From: an uncultured Gammaproteobacteria bacterium
Lineage (GTDB): Bacteria > Patescibacteriota > Patescibacteriia > Magasanikbacterales > JBBTQS01
Reading direction: 5' to 3'
DNA: 64,000 bases
NCBI GenBank assembly: GCA_965230935.1
Contig: OZ246400.1
Location: forward strand, 630,359-694,358
Of the stretch, positions 50,191 to 60,046 are shown piece after piece. Numbering within the stretch: position 1 is the stretch's first letter; the number at the start of each line of letters is the position of its first letter. Below the pieces are notes generated by a model. That model had not been told where the DNA came from. It worked only from the letters and a program-made list of their open reading frames with translations, and did no database searches. The translations under genes and the position numbers were made by a program.

Positions 50191-52830
50191 CTATTTTGCC
50201 TGACCCCAACTCTTTCCAATTCCAGTGTGCACCTCAATCGGTACCGCAAGTTGTAACACGTCACGCATCTGCTGCTCTACCACTTTTGCAAATGCTTTGG
50301 CTTTTGCTGTTTTCACTTCAAAAACTAATTCATCATGTACTTGCAAAATCATAGTAATGTCATCATCATCTTTACTCTTTCGATCCAGTGCAATCATGGC
50401 CAACTTCATTAAATCAGCTGCTGTGCCTTGAATAGGGTGATTAATCGCCATGCGCTCTGCTGCGGCACGCAACTGAAAGTTGCCAGTTGCAATTTCTGGA
50501 ATATACCGACGACGACCAAACAAGGTCTCCACATACCCATGTTTCTTTGCGTGTGTAATGGTCTTATCTAAATACTGCTTTACTCCTGAAAACGCTTCAA
50601 AATATTTATCAATAAACTCCTGGGCTTGTGCACGCGAGATGCCGGTTCTGCTTGCCAACCCAAATGACCCCATACCGTACAACACGCCAAAATTTACCTC
50701 TTTGGCACTCCGACGCATGTCATGCGTAACTTGATCAAGTGGTACGTCGTGAATTTTAGCTGCAGTAGATTGATGAATGTCCTCGCCCTTGTTGAAAATC
50801 TTCATCATGGCCTTGTCTTTAGCCAAAGAGGCCACGATACGCAGCTCAATCTGAGAATAATCAGCCACCACCAATGTCTTTCCCTTTCCTGCAACAAACG
50901 CATCTCGAATCTTACGCCCCTCTTGCGTTCGGATTGGAATATTTTGCATATTCGGATCAGAAGACGAGAGACGGCCGGTGGCAGCAACGGTTTGGTTAAA
51001 CGTGCTATGAATCCGATGACTCTTTGGATGCACAAGGGTAGGCAACACATCAATATACGTGGTTTTGAGCTTCATCAACTCCCGATATTCCTCGATCTTG
51101 GCAATAATTGGATGGAACTCACGAAGCTTTTCAAGCTCACTTGCTGCAGTTGAATATCCGGTCTTTCCTTTTTTAATACCATCCGTTGGTAATCCCAATC
51201 CATCAAACAACACCTCACGCAATTGACTGCTTGAGTTAATGTTGAACTCTTGGTTTGCGTCTTTGTAAATCGCTTTAGTCAATTTATCAAGTCGACTGTC
51301 CGTACTTTTAGCAAGTGTTTTGAGTACTGAATCATCAAGAGCCACACCAGCCATTTCCATACGCGCCAACACCTCAATAAGTGGCCCCTCAATATCATTG
51401 TACAGTTGCTGCAGATCTTCTTGAACTTCTTTTTTGATATGTGTGGCGATATTTAAAATGGCATGCGCTTCTTGTACGAGCTGTTCTTTTGGTTTGCCAA
51501 ACAAGCTTGCTTGCTTATCATCTTTTGCAATTTTTGTACCAAGATATTTAAGGGCAAGCGCTGGAAGATCATGGGCACGGCTTTCTGAGTGAATCAAATA
51601 CGAACCCACCATAATATCAAAAAGATGCTTTGGCTCTTGCAAACCACATTGCCAAAATACTTTCAAAGACTCTTTGATATTATGGCCGATATAGTGCGCT
51701 GATGTGGTAAGCACCTTTTCCCAACCTTTTACTTGTGTGCTTACATACCAGCTATTCTTTTGACTTACAATCAGCACACCGCACAATGTGACATCAAGAA
51801 AATTCCCAAGACTTACATCAAGTACAAAGCCAACGTGTTTGACTGACACAATCGCAGCAATAGCATCTGCCAATGTTTTCTGCGTTATCTCAACACATTC
51901 TGGTGCGGTTGCTACTTGAGCGGTAACCTTATGTTTCATACCAGGAATCCGAGAAAGTAATGAAGTAAATTCAAACTCTTGAAATAACCTCAACAGCGCA
52001 TCTTCATCTACTGGCTGACGCGCAACAGTTTTAAGTGAAAACATAATTGGGACATCTTGATGAATCGTCGCCAATTCTTGAGAAAGATACGCATCTTCTT
52101 TTCCTGCAAGAAGTTTTTTACGTAGTGCCGGCTTAATCCGCTCGTCCTCTTGTTCTGCTGCATAATAAATATCATCCAAAGTGGGAAATACAAGTAACAA
52201 TTCGGTAGCACCCTTGTCTCCAATACCTCTTACCCCTGGAATGTTGTCACTACTATCGCCCTTGAGCGCCTTGTAATCAATCACTTGCTCAGGAGTGAGT
52301 CCATGATATCGCTCTTGCACGGCAGCACGGTCATACATAACCAAATCACTCATGCCTTTACGCATGGTGTTAACCACCACATGATCATCAACTAATTGTA
52401 GAGCATCCATATCACCGGTAACAATAATGGTATTTGTGGCATCTTTTTCTTTCCTCACCTTTTTGACAAGTGTTCCAATACAATCGTCTGCTTCAAACCC
52501 TTCCTTCTCGTATATGGTGATATTAAACGCATTCACCAAATCATAAATCAATGGGATTTGCTCATACAACTCATCATCAGCCTTTTCTCGAGTTGCTTTA
52601 TAATCTTCGTATTGCTCGTGACGAAACGTGGGGCCGGCTAAATCAAATGTCACGGCAATATGGGTGGGGGAGAGCTCTTTGAGTACTCGCAATAAAATAG
52701 ATGCAAATCCATAAACGGCATTTACCACACGACCATCCTTAGTTTTCAGCGGCGGGATAGCATGATAGGCACGATGAATAATTGCGTGACCGTCCAAGAT
52801 AACAAAAGTGTTTGGTGTATTTTGAGCCAT
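50191..52830 (-). CDS. polA: DNA polymerase I.
   Basis: 879 aa. N-terminal 5'-3' exonuclease (TFDLAGPTFRHEQYEDYKATR) and C-terminal family A polymerase motifs (RRSAKEVNFGVLYGMG, QVHDELVFE). Confidence 0.95.
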   Translation of the reverse strand: MAQNTPNTFVILDGHAIIHRAYHAIPPLKTKDGRVVNAVYGFASILLRVLKELSPTHIAVTFDLAGPTFRHEQYEDYKATREKADDELYEQIPLIYDLVNAFNITIYEKEGFEADDCIGTLVKKVRKEKDATNTIIVTGDMDALQLVDDHVVVNTMRKGMSDLVMYDRAAVQERYHGLTPEQVIDYKALKGDSSDNIPGVRGIGDKGATELLLVFPTLDDIYYAAEQEDERIKPALRKKLLAGKEDAYLSQELATIHQDVPIMFSLKTVARQPVDEDALLRLFQEFEFTSLLSRIPGMKHKVTAQVATAPECVEITQKTLADAIAAIVSVKHVGFVLDVSLGNFLDVTLCGVLIVSQKNSWYVSTQVKGWEKVLTTSAHYIGHNIKESLKVFWQCGLQEPKHLFDIMVGSYLIHSESRAHDLPALALKYLGTKIAKDDKQASLFGKPKEQLVQEAHAILNIATHIKKEVQEDLQQLYNDIEGPLIEVLARMEMAGVALDDSVLKTLAKSTDSRLDKLTKAIYKDANQEFNINSSSQLREVLFDGLGLPTDGIKKGKTGYSTAASELEKLREFHPIIAKIEEYRELMKLKTTYIDVLPTLVHPKSHRIHSTFNQTVAATGRLSSSDPNMQNIPIRTQEGRKIRDAFVAGKGKTLVVADYSQIELRIVASLAKDKAMMKIFNKGEDIHQSTAAKIHDVPLDQVTHDMRRSAKEVNFGVLYGMGSFGLASRTGISRAQAQEFIDKYFEAFSGVKQYLDKTITHAKKHGYVETLFGRRRYIPEIATGNFQLRAAAERMAINHPIQGTAADLMKLAMIALDRKSKDDDDITMILQVHDELVFEVKTAKAKAFAKVVEQQMRDVLQLAVPIEVHTGIGKSWGQAK

Positions 52831-52864
52831 AGAACATCATCACCATACCACTAAAAACAAACAA

Positions 52865-52899
52865 GGGCTACCACGGTGACGCGAGTCGATGTGGTACCC
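52865..52899 (-). terminator. Terminator of GC-rich cassette D1, 34 nt upstream of the polA start codon.
   Basis: Minus strand: gggtaccac-atcgactcgcgtcacc-gtggtagccc followed by TTGTTTGTTTTT. It is preceded by the CA tract ACAACACAACATTTACAACC. Confidence 0.5.
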
Positions 52900-52933
52900 A
52901 AGTTGGTTGTAAATGTTGTGTTGTCCTCGGTGC

Positions 52934-53703
52934 TCAGCGGCGCTCCAGCGGACCGAAGAGGTGATCGCTGATCTGCTCGAGCATGCCGCCCGGCAGGTCC
53001 GTGCTGCGGCCCAGCTCCTGGGCCGTGCCGGAAGCACTCCAGACCTTGCCATCACGCCGGTAGTACACGTCCATGACCCGGTCGTGCGGATCCAGGTATG
53101 CGATCTGCAACGCGTCGCAGCCCTCGATGGCGATGGGCTCACCGTGCTCGGCGACCATCTCCCAGTCGGTCCCGGCTTCATGCGCAGCGGGAAGCCTCGA
53201 CGGGTGAGCACCGCGACCCCCGGCGTGGGACCACCCAGGTGGGCGTTCCGGAGTCGGTTGTCACCCAGGTACATGGCCAACACCGAGGCCCCATCACGCA
53301 CCAGATCGTACTGCTGCAGGTACCCGGGAAGGATTGCGCCGCTGGTGAGCAGCTGCTTGCAGAGCTTGGTGACGGCGTCGGCCACCCAGCCCTGGCACAC
53401 CCCCATGCCCAACACCTGATCGAGCGTGATCAGCGCCCGTTTGCTGTGGCCGTTTGTGCCACACACCTGGATGCTGTACACGCGCCCGTAGCGCGGATCC
53501 GGATCCTCGATCATGGCCGGTGCGGAGTTGGTCTCGTCGCTGTTCTCGGCGAACAACACCTCCACCACCAACCCATCGGGGTTCCCCTCATGCACGATCT
53601 GATCGTGCCTGATACGAACGCCGAGCAACTCGTCTCCGACGTGCGCGTCGAGAATGCCCAGCAGGCCGCCCGAGAGCTTGCCTGCCTTCCACGTCTGCCG
53701 CAT
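52934..53703 (-). pseudogene. GC-rich cassette D1: hypothetical protein (about 256 aa if repaired) interrupted by a -1 frameshift at a G5/C5 run (53216-53220).
   Basis: Frame X (from the ATG at 53701-53703, MRQTWKAGKL...) reads as real protein for about 165 aa, then degenerates into S/R/T-rich text. Frame Y (... MVAEHGEPIAIEGCDALQIAYLDPHDRVMDVYY ... FGPLERR, stop at 52934) reads as protein. Adding one G in the G5 run joins the frames. About 68% GC. A consensus promoter (TTGACA, 16-nt spacer, TACACT; plus strand 53751-53778) and SD TAAGGAGGT lie upstream. Confidence 0.45.
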
Positions 53704-53834
53704 GGCAAACCTCCTTATCTACATTGCTACGCCAGACGCGCAGTAGTATGAGTGTAACTAAAATAAGGAAAATGTCAAGGAGTTTGGCGCAAATTCAAAA
53801 TATTTCCTTATGAAAACCCCTAAAATCACAAAAG

Positions 53835-53872
53835 CCACATGCGTTGTTGATGCCGGTAGGCAAACGCAGTGG
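53835..53872 (-). terminator. Terminator of GC-rich cassette D2.
   Basis: Minus strand: ccactgcgtttgcc-taccggcatc-aacaacgcatgtgg followed by CTTTTGTGATTTT. It is preceded by the CA tract TTACACACAAAACACATACAACC (plus strand GT tract 53904-53926). Confidence 0.45.
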
Positions 53873-53995
53873 CTCTTGGCTCTCGCTAAGTCGCGAGTGC
53901 AAAGGTTGTATGTGTTTTGTGTGTAATCCGATCCGCACGACCCTCAGCGCGAAGGCCGAGGACTACCGCGCCTTACGGCGCCGGCAGTGGCCTGA

Positions 53996-54991
53996 TCAGG
54001 CCGCGGCCCGGATGGGCGCGGCCAACTTGCGGCCGATGTCCTCGATCGACGCGCCCGGGATGCCGGCCGCCTCGAACTGCTCGACGCCGCCGATCGTCGG
54101 GAGCGGGAAGCCGTCGTCGTCCTTGGCGAACGTCGAGAGGCCGACCTTGTCCTTCTTCCACGGGGCGGTCCCCTCGAGGCCGACGACGCGCTGGATGCCG
54201 TTGTCGATCTCGTTGGTGCCGAGGCTCGAGAAGGTCAGCTTGCCCGTCTCGTCCTTCTCGCCCTTGAGGGTCAGGATCTCGCGCTTGCCCGTCTCGTCCT
54301 CGATGTGCACGCCCAGGTTGAACGTGGTCGAGTCGTCGGCGCGGTAGTAGCGCGTGCAGGTGTGGTGCTTGCCGCGGACCTTGAAGCCGCCGTCGATGGT
54401 CTTGAAGCCCTCGCCGGCGAGCAACTTGCCCGCGTTGTTCTCGTCCAGCATCTGGATCTCGCCGATCTTGTTGGTGTACATGATCGACGCGCCCGGGATG
54501 AACGAGGCCGTGCGCACGCGGCCGGTGGACGGCAGCGTCGTGACCTGCTTGGTCGCCACGTCGACGAAGAGCACCGTGCCCTTGTCGTAGCGGCTCGCGA
54601 GCGCGGTCATGCCGCCGTACTTGCCGCCGAACATGTCGTCGACCGCCGCCCCGATCTCGCCGAGCACCCGCTTGCCGTTGAGGTTGGCGGCCGGGTAGTC
54701 GTCGTCCACGGTCACCAGCTGGCGCCGGATCGGGCCGCTGTACGTCGCGACCGTCTGGATCGCGATGTAGCCCTCGGTCGTGCTGAACTTCTCGACCGGC
54801 TCGCCCGTGGCCCCCTCGGCGCCGACCTGGTTGATCGCGACCTGCACGCGCACGTCCTTGTACGCGCAGGTCAGGATGTCCATGCCGTGCACCCACAGGG
54901 CGACGAGCTGCGTCGGCAGCACGCCCGCGAGCAGGCCACCCAGGTCTTTGAGCTGGATCTCGGTCTTGAAGGTCTGGCGTTTGATGTCCAA
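53996..54991 (-). CDS. Hypothetical protein, GC-rich cassette D2 (331 aa), Gly/Thr/Asp/Lys-rich and probably beta-rich; family not recognised.
   Basis: About 68% GC with extreme GC3. TTG start with SD TAGGAGAC 7 nt upstream. The overlapping ORFs on both strands are high-GC artefacts. Confidence 0.5.
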   Translation of the reverse strand: MDIKRQTFKTEIQLKDLGGLLAGVLPTQLVALWVHGMDILTCAYKDVRVQVAINQVGAEGATGEPVEKFSTTEGYIAIQTVATYSGPIRRQLVTVDDDYPAANLNGKRVLGEIGAAVDDMFGGKYGGMTALASRYDKGTVLFVDVATKQVTTLPSTGRVRTASFIPGASIMYTNKIGEIQMLDENNAGKLLAGEGFKTIDGGFKVRGKHHTCTRYYRADDSTTFNLGVHIEDETGKREILTLKGEKDETGKLTFSSLGTNEIDNGIQRVVGLEGTAPWKKDKVGLSTFAKDDDGFPLPTIGGVEQFEAAGIPGASIEDIGRKLAAPIRAAA

Positions 54992-55104
54992 GATGAAGTC
55001 TCCTAACAGTTTCTACCCGACAGCGCGTCGGGGCTGGAAATGACGTCTCGTCCCCTCACTCCCCCTCACACACTTCTGGCGGGTTTGGAAACAAAGCTGA
55101 CGAG

Positions 55105-55133
55105 ATTCTACAGCAAACTCAAATCCATGTCAA
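55105..55133 (-). promoter_or_regulatory. Consensus sigma70 promoter of cassette D2.
   Basis: Minus strand: TTGACA (plus 55128-55133), a 17-nt spacer, TAGAAT (plus 55105-55110). About 110-nt GC-rich 5' UTR with a hairpin cccgac-gcgct-gtcggg just before the SD. Confidence 0.5.
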
Positions 55134-55244
55134 GAGCAAAATTACGCCTAAAATTAAAGAAGTTTTTTCACACAAACAAAAAATGCGGACAATATTTGTC
55201 TCACATTGAGAAAAAAGCTCGAATCTGCTATCCTGGGGATGCTG

Positions 55245-55316
55245 GCACCGTCGCCAAGTGGTAAGGCAGGGGTTTGCAAAACCTCTATTCGCGAGTTCGA
55301 TTCTCGCCGGTGCCTC
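55245..55316 (+). tRNA. tRNA-Cys (anticodon GCA).
   Basis: Hand fold. Acceptor GGCACCG/CGGTGCC. 3-bp D stem. Anticodon stem GGGGT/ACCTC with loop TTGCAAA. T arm GCGAG-TTCGATT-CTCGC. Confidence 0.85.
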
Positions 55317-55323
55317 ACAACAG

Positions 55324-55383
55324 AAAAAAGGTATAAATTTTATTGCTAAGGCCGGGTAAAGCAACAAAATTTATACCTTTTTT
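55324..55383. terminator. Long perfect inverted repeat (17-bp arms) immediately 3' of tRNA-Cys.
   Basis: aaaaaaggtataaatttt ... aaaatttatacctttttt with a 24-nt loop. Bidirectional terminator-like. Confidence 0.55.
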
Positions 55384-55412
55384 CGTAAATATATATCTAA
55401 TTTTACTTTATT

Positions 55413-55937
55413 TTAGTGGACTGAGGTGTATTGGCGACCAAGGACTTCCAACTCAAGGCGCTGCACACCAAAATCAATAGAATCTTGCTTATTTTCCATC
55501 CAAATATCAATTCGACCACGCCCATATCGCTTATTCATGCGGTCATCTACACGATAAATCTTATCTCCGGAATACTCAGGAATACGTACCAATGTCCCAA
55601 ATGGCAAAAAGTTAGCTGCGATCATCCCATCATACACATACGTACCATTGGCACTAATAAACGGGGAGTCATCTGTTTGGCCCACTTCACTATTATACGA
55701 AGTAGCATATACGATCACATTTTTCTTCTGCGCGTCACGTTGACCACCAGACAATGGCAATCGACGTGCAAAATCACGGCTTTGGGTGTATGATAGGAGA
55801 GAAAATGGCCCAGAATAGGCACCAGCTACATTTGGACTAAACACAAAGAAAACACCGACAACAATGGCCATTGCGAGGCTAAAACTACGCAATAAAACGT
55901 GTTCAAATGTATCTGGTTTTGTTTTCATATTTTTCAT
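55413..55937 (-). CDS. 3D-domain (MltA/RlpA-like double-psi beta-barrel) cell-wall protein.
   Basis: I placed the start at MKNMKTKP (55937). TM/signal. C-terminal KIYRVDDRMNKRYGRGRIDIWMENKQDSIDFG fits the 3D domain. Confidence 0.55.
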   Translation of the reverse strand: MKNMKTKPDTFEHVLLRSFSLAMAIVVGVFFVFSPNVAGAYSGPFSLLSYTQSRDFARRLPLSGGQRDAQKKNVIVYATSYNSEVGQTDDSPFISANGTYVYDGMIAANFLPFGTLVRIPEYSGDKIYRVDDRMNKRYGRGRIDIWMENKQDSIDFGVQRLELEVLGRQYTSVH

Positions 55938-55981
55938 AAAACAAGCGCAATAATAGCACATTTTAGCGATTTTGTCAATAT

Positions 55982-58927
55982 ATGCCAGTGAGTAGACACA
56001 ACTCAACCAATCCACGCCGCAAGAGTCGTCATTATGGCTCGGGAGGCTCTTCCTCATCACCAAAACACAGAAACAAAAAACCACAGTTTGGCCGTGGAGG
56101 CAAATCAGTTATCCAGATGGTGTTTGCATTTGTAAAAAAACTCATGCGAGGACTCTGGCGACCATTTCGCAAAAAATTCTCCTGGAAGCGAGCCGTTCTT
56201 GGTGCGATTACCCTTGGGGTACTCGCATTTGCACTCGTAACAATCTACGCTGCGTGGATCTCGCGTGATCTTCCTGATCCAAATAAGCTTGGTTCACGCC
56301 AAGTTGCGCAAAGCACAAAAATTTACGATCGCACCGGTGATCATCTCCTGTACGAAATCTTTGCTGACAAAAAACGAACTATTGTTGAACTCGAGGATAT
56401 CCCGTCCTATGCCATCAATGCTGCAATTGCCGTAGAGGATTCAAAATTTTATGAGCACCGAGGAATTCGCCTCACCTCTATTTTCCGCGCGGCAGTCTCA
56501 AACCTACTTGGACTTGGTTCAGGAAAAGGCGGAGCATCAACACTCACCCAACAACTAGTCAAAAACACTATTGTTGGTAATGAACGATCGATCAATCGAA
56601 AAATTAAAGAGGCAATCCTCTCTCTTCAACTAGAACGCAAAAACACCAAGCAAGAAATTCTTAAGTTGTACTTTAACGAAATCCCGTACGGTTCCACCAA
56701 CTATGGAATCGAGGCTGCTGCACAAAGCTACTTTGGCAAAAGCAGTCGTGACCTCACACTCGACGAAGCGGCAACCTTGGCCGGGATTGTGAAAGCGCCA
56801 ACCTTTTACCTCAACAACCCGGAAAAGCTTACCGAGCGTCGTAACTTCGTGTTAACCAGAATGGTTGCTGAGGGATTTATTACCCAAGAGCAGGCAGACA
56901 CGGCAAGTGACAAACCACTTGAGCTTAAAGAACGGCTCACTGGAATTGAAGCACCGCATTTTGTGCTCCATGTCCGAGAACTCCTTACTGAACAATTTGG
57001 AGAAAAGATCGTGGAAACCGGTGGACTCAATGTGATTACCACACTTGATTATGACAAGCACAAAATCGCTGAAGAGGAAATCACACGATTCCTGGTAGAT
57101 GATGGGGCAAGTGAAACCTACAATATTGGTAACGCTGCGCTTACTGCAATTGACCCCAAAACTGGACAAGTACTGGTTATGGTTGGTTCGCGAGACTTTT
57201 TTGATGAAGAACACGACGGACAAGTAAATGTGGCATTGCGCCCACGCCAACCCGGTTCATCATTCAAACCATTTGTATACACTGCCGGTTTTGAAAAAGG
57301 CTACACTCCAGAAACTTTACTCTACGACGCCAAGACTAACTTTGACGCGCGCAATGGCGCAAGCTACTCACCAACAAACTATGATGGGGAGGAGCGCGGT
57401 CCAATTACCGCTCGTGCCGCACTCCAAGGATCGCTCAACATTCCAGCGGTCAAAATGCTGTATCTAGTTGGCGTACAAAACATGGTTAACTTTGCGCAGC
57501 GCTTTGGCTACAGCACGTTTAATGACCCTGACCGATTTGGATTGTCTATGGTGCTTGGGGGAGCAGAGGTTAAGCTCTTGGAACACGCCGCTGCCTACGC
57601 AGCACTCGCCAACGAGGGAGTGTATCATAAACCAAGTTTTCTACTGTCAGTTAAAGACCCGGACGGAAGCGAGCTTTTCAAATGGAAAGAACGCAAAGAA
57701 AAAGCAATCGAACCAGAACTCGCGCGAACTATCAACAATGTTATGGCAGATGATGCCGCTCGTGCGTATATCTTCGGTCTAGGATCTACCCTTACTCTCC
57801 CCGGACGAGCAGCTGCAGCTAAAACAGGAACTACCAATGATTTTCGTGATGGCTGGACTCTTGGATTTACTCCGCAACTTGCCGCTGGGGTATGGTCTGG
57901 AAACAATGACAACAGTCCCATGACTCGTGCTGGCGGAACCCGAGCGGCATCACCAATTTGGAATCGATTTATGCAACGTGCACTTGAAGATGTACCAGCA
58001 GTGGGCTTTGGTGATTCTATAGAAAACGATGCACAAAAAGCAGTTCTGCGCGGTACTGACTCTGGAAAAATCACCCTACTGGTCGACACCATTTCTGGCA
58101 AGCTTGCCACCTCTTCAACTCCAGATGAATTTATTGAAGAGCGCACCTATTTACAACCCCACTCAATCCTCCACTATCTCAAAAAGGACGACCCGCGAGG
58201 AGATCCACCATCTGATCCGTCCAGTGCTGACCCACAATATACGAACTGGGAATCTGCAGTACAAGAATGGATTACTGCGCAACAAGCAAAACAAGAAGAA
58301 GGGGAGAGTATTGTGCTTGAACTTCCTCCAACAGAGTATGACGATGTCCATGACCCAGCGCTTGCACCAAGTGTGACGATTACAACCCCACCAGCAAATT
58401 CACTTTTTAGCTCACGTACGATTATCGCTGATGTTGATGCCAGTGCTCCGCGAGGTATTGCACAAGTGCGTTGGTTTATTGATGATCTTCAAGTCAAGGT
58501 GCGCGATCGGTTCCCATTCTCACTCACCTATAATGCCAAAACAATTGAAAATGGCGAACACACCCTAATCGCCAAAGCCTATGATGATGTCGGAAATGTT
58601 GCGCAAAGCGAAATCCCATTCTCTCTAGACGCACCACCAGCACCAGCAGAGATTACTTGGCGCTCACCCAAACAAGATGCAACCTACTTTGCGTCCAGTT
58701 TTCCACTTACCTTCACTTTTGGAGTATTTAAACCAGAAACGATTGATGAAATTTCTGTAGCTGCGTCCAAAGATGGACAAACAACGACCATCTTCACCAC
58801 AAACGAACAAAAAGAAGAGCACTCGTTTGAATGGGCGAGTGCCTCTCCTGGAGAATATACATTGTCCTTCTCAGCGCAATCCTCAAACGAGGTCACCAAC
58901 AACACTGTTCTGGTCACCATCAAATAA
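55982..58927 (+). CDS. Penicillin-binding protein 1A-type bifunctional transglycosylase/transpeptidase with C-terminal Ig-like repeats.
   Basis: 981 aa. Basic N-terminus then a TM helix. The GT51 motifs EDSKFYEHRGI and ...QQLVKN are present. The transpeptidase SSFKPF (SxxK) and KTGTTND motifs are present. The last roughly 250 aa resemble Big/FN3-like domains. Confidence 0.9.
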   Translation: MPVSRHNSTNPRRKSRHYGSGGSSSSPKHRNKKPQFGRGGKSVIQMVFAFVKKLMRGLWRPFRKKFSWKRAVLGAITLGVLAFALVTIYAAWISRDLPDPNKLGSRQVAQSTKIYDRTGDHLLYEIFADKKRTIVELEDIPSYAINAAIAVEDSKFYEHRGIRLTSIFRAAVSNLLGLGSGKGGASTLTQQLVKNTIVGNERSINRKIKEAILSLQLERKNTKQEILKLYFNEIPYGSTNYGIEAAAQSYFGKSSRDLTLDEAATLAGIVKAPTFYLNNPEKLTERRNFVLTRMVAEGFITQEQADTASDKPLELKERLTGIEAPHFVLHVRELLTEQFGEKIVETGGLNVITTLDYDKHKIAEEEITRFLVDDGASETYNIGNAALTAIDPKTGQVLVMVGSRDFFDEEHDGQVNVALRPRQPGSSFKPFVYTAGFEKGYTPETLLYDAKTNFDARNGASYSPTNYDGEERGPITARAALQGSLNIPAVKMLYLVGVQNMVNFAQRFGYSTFNDPDRFGLSMVLGGAEVKLLEHAAAYAALANEGVYHKPSFLLSVKDPDGSELFKWKERKEKAIEPELARTINNVMADDAARAYIFGLGSTLTLPGRAAAAKTGTTNDFRDGWTLGFTPQLAAGVWSGNNDNSPMTRAGGTRAASPIWNRFMQRALEDVPAVGFGDSIENDAQKAVLRGTDSGKITLLVDTISGKLATSSTPDEFIEERTYLQPHSILHYLKKDDPRGDPPSDPSSADPQYTNWESAVQEWITAQQAKQEEGESIVLELPPTEYDDVHDPALAPSVTITTPPANSLFSSRTIIADVDASAPRGIAQVRWFIDDLQVKVRDRFPFSLTYNAKTIENGEHTLIAKAYDDVGNVAQSEIPFSLDAPPAPAEITWRSPKQDATYFASSFPLTFTFGVFKPETIDEISVAASKDGQTTTIFTTNEQKEEHSFEWASASPGEYTLSFSAQSSNEVTNNTVLVTIK

Positions 58928-60046
58928 TTATTGCCGGATCGGCATCACAATGTAGAGATACTCTTGTGAATCTTTTGGAGCAAATACCACTGGTGCTGTT
59001 GCATTAGTAATTTTAATTTGTGATTCTTTCGTATCAATTGCATTAAGTCCATCGAGTACATACCGATAATTCAACAACGTACTCCCTTCTTCACCAGAAA
59101 GCTCAGCAGTAAGAGTGGAAGCGTGTTCACCAAGTTGTGTGCTTGTAGACGAAATACCAATTGTTCCTTCGTCCACATTACAATCAAGCACCACTGCATT
59201 AATTCCTTGGCTTGCAAACAAACTTGCTGCTTTAATCTCCTGCACAAGCGCATCAGTTAAAAATATCGCTGATGTTTTATCTTCTTTTGGAATAATTTGC
59301 GTGTAGTCAGGATATTTCCCCTCAATTTTTCGACTCGTTATTGTCACATCACCCAAGACAAACACCACCTGTGCATCATCAAACAACATGGTGAGTTGCT
59401 CAGCCCCACCATGCACATGTAACACACGGGAAAGTTCAAATAAGGTTCGGTAGGGGATAATACTCTCAAACACTTCTGTGTTTGGTGACTCAGCTAATGG
59501 TACCACCACTTCAGCAAGCCGATAACTATCTGTTGCCGCCATAGTCAACATCCCTGGGGTTTTATTGAACTGGAAATACACACCGGAAAGCTCTGGTCGA
59601 ACCTCACTTCGTGAGCAGGCAAACAATACTCGTGTCAACGCTAATTTAAATTCTCCTGAAGTCAAATTAAACTGATACTTTGTCTCAATCTTTGGCACAA
59701 TAGGAAAATCTTCTGCTGAATTCCCTTTGATTCTTGTTTTACTTTTTCCAGCCTTAACCACAAGCTCATTATCCTCAAGTGACACTGTAACCGTATCACT
59801 TGAAACCAATTGAATATATTCAACAAGTGTTTTTGCCGGAACAGTAAACGAACCGTTTTCTTCGATCTTGGCCCGCACAGTTGTTTTGATTGCCATCTCA
59901 AGATTTGTGGTGGCGAGATTTACTGTTCCATCATCTGTGCTAATAAGCACATTGTTTAATATCGGCAAATGAATATTCTTTCCTGCTGCACCACTTACTT
60001 GTTGTAAGGCATGCATGAGATTTTCTTTGGTACATGTGAACAACAT
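58928..60046 (-). CDS. dnaN: DNA polymerase III beta sliding clamp.
   Basis: 372 aa, three-domain clamp (MLFTCTKENLMHALQQVSGAAG...). Its stop abuts the PBP stop with zero spacer. Confidence 0.9.
   Translation of the reverse strand: MLFTCTKENLMHALQQVSGAAGKNIHLPILNNVLISTDDGTVNLATTNLEMAIKTTVRAKIEENGSFTVPAKTLVEYIQLVSSDTVTVSLEDNELVVKAGKSKTRIKGNSAEDFPIVPKIETKYQFNLTSGEFKLALTRVLFACSRSEVRPELSGVYFQFNKTPGMLTMAATDSYRLAEVVVPLAESPNTEVFESIIPYRTLFELSRVLHVHGGAEQLTMLFDDAQVVFVLGDVTITSRKIEGKYPDYTQIIPKEDKTSAIFLTDALVQEIKAASLFASQGINAVVLDCNVDEGTIGISSTSTQLGEHASTLTAELSGEEGSTLLNYRYVLDGLNAIDTKESQIKITNATAPVVFAPKDSQEYLYIVMPIRQ

Noticed and set aside
53098-55006. Long + strand ORFs (53098-53751, 53844-54347, 53917-54267, 54305-55006) and a - strand ORF 53973-54896 inside the GC-rich block.
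   Set aside because: Their translations are Arg/Ala/Pro/Ser-rich and stop-free, typical of off-frame reading in 68% GC DNA. The in-frame - strand ORFs have protein-like composition and SD/promoter signals.
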